Below, one piece after another: positions 53,900 to 64,000 of a stretch of DNA of 64,000 bases; position 1 is the stretch's first letter; every line of letters starts with the position of its first letter. The notes beneath the pieces are model-generated. The model searched no databases, was not told the origin of the DNA, and worked only from the letters and a program-made list of their open reading frames with translations. This stretch comes from Octopus vulgaris (lineage: Eukaryota), in the NCBI GenBank assembly GCA_951406725.2, contig OX597824.1:29388001-29452000 (forward strand). Direction: 5' to 3'. A program made the position numbers and the translations under genes.

Positions 53900-54530
53900 A
53901 TTCTTCTAGAATTGTGGCCAATGATTGTTTGGATGGAACAAAGCATAGTTTCAGAAAGTCCAAAACGAGTACAGAAAGAGTATAAAAACTTGATGCCTGA
54001 TAGGCTAGCGAGCGACGTTCATTAGGAAATGCGTACATAGTACAACTATAATTGTTCCGAAAAGTGGTATGACCACAGGATGGAGAATAAAAAGACAAAG
54101 ATCTCGTGGGATAGTAAACTGCTGACAAATTAATTCAGAGAACACTCTCGGCCCGAGATCTACCACAAAACATCTCTTTAATGTATAATTCTTGATATAG
54201 CACGCCTTTCTGATACCAGGGTGAATGGATAGGGAAAGCTTGGTAAATATAATGATTTGAGATACGAGGTTGTGTGGCTATGAGTATAAAAGAATGTAAA
54301 GATAGTGCCATTTGTCATCGGCGCGTTGCGGGTAACGTGAGCAGAAATGTTCCTCGAAAAATTCGAAGAGCGTTTTGGTTGTGACATAAACTTCTGTTAA
54401 ACAGAAAAACTGTTTATTAGGGATAGCAAAAATCTTAAGAAAAGTACTGGATAACCAAGATCATAAGATGTGTCTCTCTACCAAGCAGAATGAACCGGTA
54501 AGACACCTAAGAGTGAGAGGTAATGACAAA
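53900..54530 (+). mobile_element. R4/Dong-type LINE 3' end (zinc knuckle plus RLE), pseudogenised
   Basis: IVSESPK..QKEYK..; EKWYDH; KTKISWD; SRPEI; CIILDIA..D; KYNDLRYEV; IVPFVIGAL; CLLGIAKILRKVL. Confidence 0.85.
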
Positions 54531-54539
54531 ACAAGCAGA

Positions 54540-55057
54540 GTCTCTCATGGCATCTGATCTTAACTGATTGGAAGTGTTATCATGTACATTGTTTTATCTC
54601 GGTATAAAAGATGGGCTACAACAAATATTCTGCTCAATACCATAAATTTTCTTGTGAGTTGTTTGACCATAGCCAGTTGAGCATGTCCATTAGTGGCTGA
54701 TGATATGTGCATCTCTGACCACGAGCAGAAGTGGTGGGGGAGCATCATAGCCGTGTGTTGAAAGGAATTCTTAAAGGTTTGGATATTCACCTTTGGAAAC
54801 ATTGGTGGTTCGTTCAACATCCTTAAACAACCCTTATTCAGGGACCTTTTGAGCGTGATGGGCTACTCGACCAGAAGAAAATTCTAACTGGGCCCCACCT
54901 GAAAGGTCATGCGCTGTTTATCTTGATATGAGATCACCATGTGACGCACATATGGTTGTGATGCATGTACCTGGTGTACCCTTATCAGATGGGTATACTG
55001 GGCTTGGTATATTTTACCCCAGTGTCACTTTGATGGCATGCACTGCTCTCTCACTCA
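54540..55057 (+). mobile_element. Family E non-coding dispersed element ending in (AAT)n
   Basis: Longest copy; ends GCACTGCTCTCTCACTC(AAT)n. Confidence 0.8.
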
Positions 55058-55072
55058 ATAATAATAATAATG

Positions 55073-55178
<106 letters not shown>

Positions 55179-55869
55179 CAACAATATTTTCTTCTAAAGG
55201 CACAAACCTGAAATCTGAGGGGAGGGGACTTGTCGATTACACTGAACCCAGTGGTTTCAGTTGTACTTAATTTATTGACTCCAAAATATAAAGAAGAAGA
55301 AGATTGATGATGATGATGATGATGATGACGACGACGATGATAATGATAAGAACAATAGTAATACCAAATCTGACCACACGTATATATCTATATATATCTA
55401 TAGGCAAGGAGAACCAAGTGAATTAAAAAAACTTATAACACACCGTAAAAAGAACTGGAATTCATAGAAAATGAACAAAAAAAAAAACGCGGCAACGGAT
55501 AAGGCAGTAAACAATACCGACGACGTCGATGTCGAAGGTGAGGGTTATGATGATGATGATGACATGATGATGATGACGATGACATCGATAAGAGAAGGAG
55601 GAGGGAGAGAAGGAGGAGAAGGAGGAGGAAGCAGATGGTGAAGCAGATGAGTTAAAAAATTCATCACCGTCGGTTAAAACAATGAGAACATTAAAAATCA
55701 TAGCGAGATAGCAATAGAAATGCCAACAACAACAACAACAACAGTAACAAAAACCAATAACAGCAACAACAATCACATCGAAGAGAAGAGAATAACTACA
55801 GGAAAAACAACAAGAGGAACAACAAAGTTATTCATCCATACACATTCGTTTTTCTTATCGTACATGAAT

Positions 55870-55994
<125 letters not shown>

Positions 55995-56023
55995 CACATA
56001 TATACATACATATATATATATAT

Positions 56024-56054
<31 letters not shown>

Positions 56055-56055
56055 T

Positions 56056-56101
<46 letters not shown>

Positions 56102-56206
56102 TATATATCATGTATATCTATACACACACACATATATACATATATATCTTTTTAAGTGATGCTAAACGTTTTGCTTTTTCCTTTTTACTTTAATCTACAT
56201 GCATAC

Positions 56207-56238
<32 letters not shown>

Positions 56239-56412
56239 ATATATATATCTATACATATATAACATATATATATGCATATATGCACACATACACGTGTGCA
56301 CACATACACGTGTGCACACATACACATGTGCACACATATATGTATGCAATTACGTGAGAATATATACACGCATATACATTCCCATGCAGTTACTTTATTC
56401 CGGCATACATGC

Positions 56413-56490
<78 letters not shown>

Positions 56491-57264
56491 CTATACACAC
56501 TGATTTTCATGCGTTTATATCGAAAATAAGAAAGAGAAGGATCAACTTAAAATAAAACAGAAGATGGAAGAAAATGGCAGAGAACGTTGAGATGATGAAA
56601 GTAAGGAGGAGAAGGAGAAGGAGAAAGAAAGGGAGAGCGATATCGATATACGGAGCTAATCAGATAAACATAGACTATAAAGATATAATCAAATAGCTAC
56701 AGAGGAGTGATGTAAAATTAGACACGAGTATGTCGCCTGCCACTCCCCCAGCTTTCAAAGATTTCTGTTTAACAGAAGTTATAGCTTCATTCTCTGACTT
56801 GTCGGAACAATCAGCTGCAAATCTTACAGCAATCACAAATGTCAAATTAAGTTAGACCTTTAAGATAGAAGCAGTATGGCGCGTTGCAGCTCTCCTATCT
56901 CCATACTTTACGCTAAATAATCGTTGCTTAAGGAGACACACGTGCCTTTTTTTCTCCCCTTGAGTATGCTTTTATATCAATTGTATTTTACTCATCACAC
57001 TTTTTTTTCTTTTCTGTTATTCTTCTTGTTCTTATTGCAGTTTTTCCTCTAGTTTTGTTTCATTTTCTTGAAAATTAGCAATGCTTTTTTTTCCTTTAAT
57101 TTTTTTTTTATTTAATTACAAAAACACTTTTGTTCAATTGTTGAAAGCAAAATATATTCTAACTATTGGCTCCTTAGACAAAATACCATACACTCAACGA
57201 AATACACTTTTGTACAGAAGACAGAAATAAAACGTTGAGGCCATCCTTGGCTTTTCCGGTTTGT

Positions 57265-57465
57265 TGCGTGGCCTAGTAGTTAGGGCATTGCACTCATAGT
57301 CGCAAGCTCGTAGTTTCAATTTCAGGATTGGTCGATGCATTGTGTTCTATAGTATAGCACTACATTTCACATTGCTCCAATTCACTCAGCTATAAATAAG
57401 CATCCCTGTTGTGATCTTGGTCACTTATACGCCATAGAAACAGGATAACTTGTGAATCCTAGGAC
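57265..57465 (+). mobile_element. Degenerate SINE, family D/F-like
   Basis: GCGTGGCCTAGTAGTTAGGG..CATTTCACATTGCTCCAATTCACTCAGCT..ATACGCCATAGAAAC. Confidence 0.7.
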
Positions 57466-57961
57466 TCGAGATAGTAGTTTACATGGTTTTTTCCACGTGT
57501 GTAACTTGCTTAAGTGACAGGTACAATGCACACATTATTCAAGATATACAATATATAAATCCTGCGAATTGAGGGCCATAGGCAAGAATCTGCCGTGAAA
57601 TGGTTTATCATAAAAGCAATAACCACGGCTGGAATAAAGTCCGAGTGGTGAATTGATACGAGCACCTCATGATATATTCATTAGTTTTAGTGATAAGATA
57701 TTGAGACCTCAGTATACAACGTGATTTAATCGATTATTTTGGATTTTTTCCAGCTCAGGTCCTCTTCTATACAAAATGTTACCTATACGTTTCTTTTTAT
57801 TTTTTTATTTTTATTTATAGTTATTTTCATCACTAAATAACTAGAAGCAATAAAAAATACATTGCACATTTATAACATGGGGTGCCGTGAATATATAGAG
57901 ATTTTTAACAATTTTTTTTATAAATCCTTGTTATAATCCATGATCCTCCTCCTCCTCCTCC

Positions 57962-58031
<70 letters not shown>

Positions 58032-58037
58032 GTTATA

Positions 58038-58340
58038 GAGGCGGGAGCTGAGGCCGATGTAATCGACTTGCCCCCCCACCCCACACCCGAACTTGCCATG
58101 TGCCAAGAATTGAAATCGTTATTACCATTTCTACGGAGGCGGCGAGATGGCCGAATCGCGAGCACGCCGGGCAAAACATATAGTAGCATTTCGTCCGTTT
58201 TTACGTCCTGTGTTCAAATTTCGCTGAGGGTCGTTATCGAAGTCGATAAAATACGTACCAGTTGAACAATGAGGTCGATGTAATCGACCTAGCGCCTCCA
58301 CCAAAATAACTAGCCTCGTGCCAAAACTTGAAACAACTGT
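58038..58340 (+). mobile_element. Two family A SINE copies (one deleted, one degenerate)
   Basis: GGCGGCGAGATGGC..GTCGATAAAATACGTACCAG..GATGTAATCGAC. Confidence 0.75.
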
Positions 58341-58499
58341 TGTTATCATCATCACCACCACCATCATCATCATCATCATCATCATCAACATCATCATCAT
58401 CATCATCATTATTGTTGTTGTTATTATTATTATTATCATTTATTATTATCATTTAAGGACTTGTTCTTCCGAGTAGAAGGGATTATTATTATTATTGTT

Positions 58500-58550
<51 letters not shown>

Positions 58551-58555
58551 ATCAT

Positions 58556-59062
58556 TATAGACGTCGCACAGTGTACAATATCGTGAGGTTGTTGATTGAA
58601 GATATTATGTCTACTGGGGTTTGTCAAGTCACAACAAGGATCTCAAATAGACAGTACTTTACGCAATATGCGTGCAGTTCCAAGTAATGCCGATTTTTGA
58701 AATACACCTAGATTTTAGGATATTTTTAAAGTTTTCAGATGTTTTTCTCATATTGAGTGGTATTGAACCCAATGCTCCGATGACAATAGGGATAACCTTT
58801 ATGTTTGACTCGTACTTGCCACATCTTAGCTATTTCCATATATATCAACCTTTTTTCTTTCTTTCTTGATGATATGTTGATCTCCTGGCACTGCCACGTC
58901 AATTATTAGGCACTTTTGTTTGTCCTTCCTAAAGGTTGCTATATCCGGCCTTCGGTCCTCTAATACCTTATCTGTCTGGAAGTCAAAGTCCCAGAGGATT
59001 TTTGCCTTCCCCTTTTCGTCCATCACCTTTTTCCGATGTATGTTGGTACCAAGCACCCGTAA
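58556..59062 (-). mobile_element. R4/Dong-type LINE 3' end (RLE), tail running into (TAA)/(CAA)n
   Basis: KAKILWDFDFQTDKVLEDRRPDI..CLIIDVAVPGD..K..Y; IPIVIGALG; KSALLGTARILRKVLSI*. Confidence 0.9.
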
Positions 59063-59159
59063 CCTCATATCCATATTTACCAGTCAAGTACTGGAGTCGC
59101 TGTGATTGATTTCCCCCTCCTCACAAAAATATAGACCTTGTGTCTATAGTAGAATGGAT

Positions 59160-60245
59160 TGTTGTTGTTGTTGTTGCTGCTTTGTTTTATACAATCTGTT
59201 CTAAATCTCACCCACAGACCACAAGTACAAGAAACTTGTGTGTTTTACTGTGGGTATTGTTGATGAAAAGTAAGGCTATATCACAGACAATGGACACCAA
59301 ATACTGAAAATTAAGATTTCTTTAAACATTTGTTGTAATATTTGCAGTTTTGAACGAGGTTGAAACATTCAGCTCTTCTCAGCTTGACTGTTTTTCTTAA
59401 GATCTGAGCAGTATCCACGAGAAATTTTTTTGTAGTTCAGATACTTTTGTGTTTCTGCTATTCACCTAAGTGTTTAAGAGTGCGATTTGGCATCAACCTC
59501 AAAGTTCCGATGACAATCGTCGTTCCGATGTACAATTGTTCTGATGTACAATCGTCGTTCTTAGATTACAATTTTTGGGACTTCTATTTCGAAGTTTTTG
59601 TTTTTTCTTAATTTTTCAAATGCTTTCCCGTAGGTATTGCACTCTGTTGGGATTGACGTATAAACAAACATTTTGTCTATGTGTTTTTTTTTTACCAAAC
59701 TTTCTGGTCTACTGGACTGGATAACTCAATCAGTTAATAAAAAAAAGTAAATGCGCCCTTTTAAAGCCTAGCCAGGCTCATGGACCCGGTTTACCGGTTT
59801 CATGGCGTATGTTTTCCCCAGCTGGACGCCAGTCCATCGCAGCGTTACTCATTTTTGCCAGCTGACTGGACTGGAGCAACGTGAAATGAAGTGTTTTGCT
59901 CAAGAACACAACGTGTCGCCCGGTCCAGGAATCGAAACCACAATCTTACGATCATGACGCTGACACCCTAACCACTAAGCCACGCGCCTCCACATAACTC
60001 AATCAGTTAGAATACTAAATTCTAAAAAGAACGGTGGTGTCTTTATTTTCTTCTATTTTGTTGTGCTTATATTTACCCCAGTTCTTCTCATATGGGAGTT
60101 CAAACTGACAGCGTATGATCCAATAGGATTACTGATCAAGTTTATCATGACGATTTGTATATTCATCTGAGTCTAACGTAGAACAGCGAAAGATAGAGGT
60201 GTCAATTGTTTCTCTGATTCTACCACAAAGGTGGCAGGTTGTATG
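59160..60245 (-). mobile_element. R4/Dong-type LINE 3' end, interrupted by a family D SINE
   Basis: CHLCGRIRETI..C..EYTNRHD; SRPE; TSIPTECN; IVIGTL. The 3' UTR ends in (CAA)n. Confidence 0.75.
59737..59993 (-). mobile_element. SINE family D (tRNA head, CORE-like plus V-domain-like body) with a 16-bp TSD
   Basis: ATAACTCAATCAGTTA at 59721-59736 and 59994-60009. Minus-strand GCGATGGACTGGCGTCC resembles the V-SINE domain (recalled, not verified). Confidence 0.9.
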
Positions 60246-60574
60246 AGCACCATTTTTAAGGGTGTTAGTTTTTGTAGTTTCTAGTGGGGTGGCACGGTGA
60301 ACACGTGTGCTCACAGTGCAGCACACATTCTATAATTGTATTTTTGGATCAAACACAGAGCAAAGTTGAGTTTTAGCACCTGATATGAGCCCCAAACCAT
60401 CACAAGCTCCACCTCGTGGAATGTAAAAAAATCAATCCTCACGTAACAAGAGTATATATATATATATATATATATATCATAGAACATTCCTTTCTTAGTG
60501 GTAAGACCATAGGGGGTCGACTTCTAGCATAATGGATGCTCACTTAGTGGTCATCCCACTTATATGTATGTAAC

Positions 60575-60641
<67 letters not shown>

Positions 60642-61054
60642 GCTAGATAGAGAGAGAGAGATGTAAAATACAAGGATGAAGGTGCAGGAAGAAAGAGAGC
60701 TTCAAGGAATCCGTAGAAAATATTAGAAAAAACACTTTTAGGAATAATAGTGGTTTATTGGGACGGAAGATTGTGAATTTATCCCATATTGAAGCAGAAA
60801 AAATTATTTTACATTTCATGGTTGGCAGCCAGGGTTGCCGAGTATGCGAATAAAATCCAGAAGTTAAAGATTTTATCTAATCTATTCCTTAACTTTTGGA
60901 TTATAATATGTGTGTTTGTGTGTTTGTGTATGCGTGCGTGTGTGTGCGAACAACAACTACCTTGGCAAGAGTAACAATCTTCAGATTAACAGTAAAAATA
61001 ACTGGAAGCATTTCAACAACAATAGTAGCAACAATAACAACAATTTCCAGCAAC

Positions 61055-61102
61055 TCGAGGGCCACCTCCCAGTGGTGTCGGGCGTCAATGAAGAGCTCTC
61101 GA
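61055..61102 (+). ncRNA. Possible HDV-like ribozyme relic
   Basis: P2 TCGAGGGC/GCTCTCGA; P3 ACC/GGT with loop TCCCAGT; GGGC; TGAA in place of CGAA. P1 is largely missing. Confidence 0.3.
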
Positions 61103-61403
61103 CTACAACAAGACGACCAAAGTTCTTTTTTTTTTCCTTTCCTAAGGTCTGGGGTCTCCCGTCCCCAAGCCCTAGACCATCACCTAATCACCCTTACCCG
61201 TCTTGTTGCTTAACAACAACGACAACAACAACAGCAGCAGCAGCAGCAGCAACAACAACAACAACTACACCAGCAACAGAAACAAGAACTGCATCAACGA
61301 GTACACCAACAGCAACACCAAGAGAATGAACATCAACATCGGCGACTGCCACATCAACAACACCAACATGACCAACAACACTAACAACAACAAGCAAAAC
61401 ACC

Positions 61404-61435
<32 letters not shown>

Positions 61436-61499
61436 CAAAACAACAATCAACATCACATTCAACACCAATAAAAACTGCTAAAGACATACACACTCACAC

Positions 61500-61536
<37 letters not shown>

Positions 61537-62136
61537 AACAAAAATAAGAAAACAATAACAAAACATCGAAATAAAAGTCACAACAATTACAATATTGGCA
61601 GCAATATTGAAAAAAAAAAAAAAAAAAAAAGAAGTTAGTTAAAAGTCTAAAAAAAAAGCAACAGAGTTCTTTAGTCATTCCCCAAAGATTCTAAATGACA
61701 ACACCAGTTCCAATACAAGCCGTCGTCGATTCTTTAATTATTCTACAGCATAGATGAAAATCTTTCATGTCTTCACACTCACGTCTTAAACTGATTTCTA
61801 GCAACGCGATGTCTTTTATACAAATTTGGTCTTTTTTTCTTTTGTTTGTTTGTTTGTTTTTTTCCCTCCTTGAATTTTGTTTCGTTTTCTTTCTTTTATC
61901 TTTATTTTTTTGATTAGCCTGGTGGTAGGGAGTGGGTAAGGTGGGAATGTGAGGGCTTAGCGCAGGGATGGGGTGAGGGTGAGTTGGGGAGTTGAGGTGG
62001 GGGTGAGGTAGAGAGAGAAAAGGGGGAATGCAGCGGTGAGGTGGGTGTTAACGAGATGTGTGTGGTAGAGGGAGTAGGTGGAGGGAGAGGTGGTGTGGTA
62101 GTAGTTTTGAAGCGGGTGAAGAAATATTACGGGCAC

Positions 62137-62770
62137 TGGTGGTGGTGGTGGTAGTGGTGGTGGTGGTGGTGGTGGTGGCAGTGGGAGATGCAACTGTAAA
62201 TAAGAGGAAGGTGCAGTTGAAGTAAGAGTAGGGATTATCTCGAGTACTGGCGTCGGTGGGGGTGTTCGTTGTGATGATGATGATGATGCTGATGACGGCA
62301 GTGGCGATGGTGGTGGTGACGGTGGTAGTGGTGGTAGCGGTGATAGTATTGGCTGTAGTGCTAGTGATGGTGCTACCGCTGCTGGTAGTGATGATGAAGA
62401 TGGTAGTGGTTGTGATGGTAGTTGTGGTGGTGGTTGTAGTGGTGGTGGTGTGGACGATGGTGATGATGGCGGTGATAGTGATAGGTGGTAGTGGCAGTGG
62501 TGGTGGTGGTGGTGGTGGTGTTCCTACTGGTGATGGTAGTAGCAGTGGTGGTGGTGGTGGTGGTGGTAGTGGTAGTGTTGGTGGTGGTGGTGGTGGTGGT
62601 GGTGGCGGCGGTGGCGCCGATGTTGGTGAGGGTGAGAGAAGAAAAGGTAGACGGGTACAAGTGTAAGTAGAAGGCGGGTACAGTTGCGAAACAGGAAGGA
62701 TTATCATGAGAACTGGTAGTGAAGGTGGCGGTGGTGGTAGTGGTGGTGGTGGTGGTGGTGTGATGAGGGT
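62137..62770. repeat. Degenerate (GGT)n field
   Basis: Direct reading. Confidence 0.9.
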
Positions 62771-62959
62771 GGTGGAGTTGTGGGTGGGTCTGCGAGTGCA
62801 CCAGAGATTATGATGAGAAATGGGGCGGCAGGGGCTGACGGTAGGATACGTAGGAGTGTGCGGGGTAGGGATGGAAAAGGTGAAGGGGAGAATAGAGAAA
62901 TATTGTGTAAGGGTACGTAGGGTAGCAGGAGATGAAATGAGGGTGCAGTAACACATGTT

Positions 62960-63550
62960 GGAGGGAGAGGGAGATAGAGAGAGAGGAAGAAGAGAATGAC
63001 AGAGAGATATGGTGTTAGAGAGAGAGAGAGAGAACTATGAGAGCGAGGGAGACAGAGAGATAGGGAGACAGAGAGAGAATGAGGCATAGCATGTGGGAGA
63101 CGGATAGAAAGAGAGAAACACAGAGAGGTAACGAAGTAGTGACAGTGGGAGTCAGAAAGAGAGAAGTAGGGTGACACAGAGAGAGGGCGATAGAGAAGGG
63201 GAGATAGACAGAAAGGGATATGGAGAGAAAGAAAGGCATCAAGAGTGACAAAGTGAGGAGACAGAGAGAGAGGGGAGACAGAGAGAGAGGAGAGACAGAG
63301 AGAGAGGGGAGACAGAGAGAGAGGAGACAGAGTGAGGACACAGAGAGCGAGACAAAGTGAGGAGACAGAGAAACTCAAGAAGAGGTGTAAAGAGAGAGAG
63401 AGAGAGACAGAGACAGAGAGAGACACAAGGAGAGGGAGTTAGAGAAAGTGGGAGTTGGAGAGATTGAGAGAGACACAAAGAGAGGACGACGGATAGACAG
63501 AAACAGAGAGACACAGAGAGAGGAAGACAGAGAGACTGAAAGCGAGAGGG
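62960..63550. repeat. (GA)-rich tract with a GGAGACAGAGAGAGA minisatellite
   Basis: Direct reading. Confidence 0.88.
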
Positions 63551-64000
63551 ATGTGTAGAGACTAGGCTTTAGTGAGGAGTGGGAGTGAGTTACTTTTTAA
63601 GTACGGGATAAGTATGGTACGGTATAGGGGTGGATGTCGAGTGGGGTGGAGAAGGGCAGAATGGTGTGGCTTGATAACGGTGATGGTGAAAGGAGTGGAG
63701 GTGTGGAAGAGCATGAGTAAAATGGTAGGAGATCGGTGGAACCAGAGAAAAACAGACAGAGGGGAGAGAGAAGCGGAGAGAGTAAGAGAGAGGTGAAGAT
63801 GGAGAGGGTGTTGCGTTGATTACGCTCCGCTGTCATTAACGTTATCTTGTACCTATGTAATTTACGTTTGTGTGTGTATGTGTATGTGTGTGTGTGTGTG
63901 TGAATGTGTGTGTCAAAGAGAGAGAGAGAGACAGGTGGTGCGGAAAGAGAGATTATGGGTGTCTTGTTCCTAGAAAACCTGCAATAATAAGATAAAGACT

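Overview
Eukaryotic, AT-rich DNA saturated with microsatellites, most likely intronic or intergenic. No intact host protein-coding gene, rRNA, true tRNA or CRISPR array can be supported. Nearly all ORFs in the track are translations of (TA)n, (CA)n, (TATG)n, (GATA)n, (ATT)n, (ATC)n, (ACC)n or (GGT)n. The repeat landscape resembles an Octopus (coleoid cephalopod) genome; this is inferred from recall, not searched. Recognisable content: at least six tRNA-headed SINE families (labelled A-G here as working names); 5'-truncated LINE remnants (CR1-type, RTE/BovB-type, Tx1-type, and four R4/Dong-type restriction-like-endonuclease ends); mariner and DD37D/maT-like transposase remnants; pogo/Tigger-like MITEs. 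Main hidden signal: many short islands inside (TA)n arrays carry type I hammerhead ribozyme motifs with palindromic helix III, and several have an inverted partial copy, the architecture of Penelope-like pseudo-LTRs or retrozyme-like elements. One (33852-33939) has a complete core. Others carry recurrent core variants (CCGACGA, CUGUNGA). Also found: a 3' stem-loop tail shared by the CR1 LINE and two SINE families, a possible HDV-like ribozyme relic, several fold-back palindromes, and a candidate 39-nt microexon.
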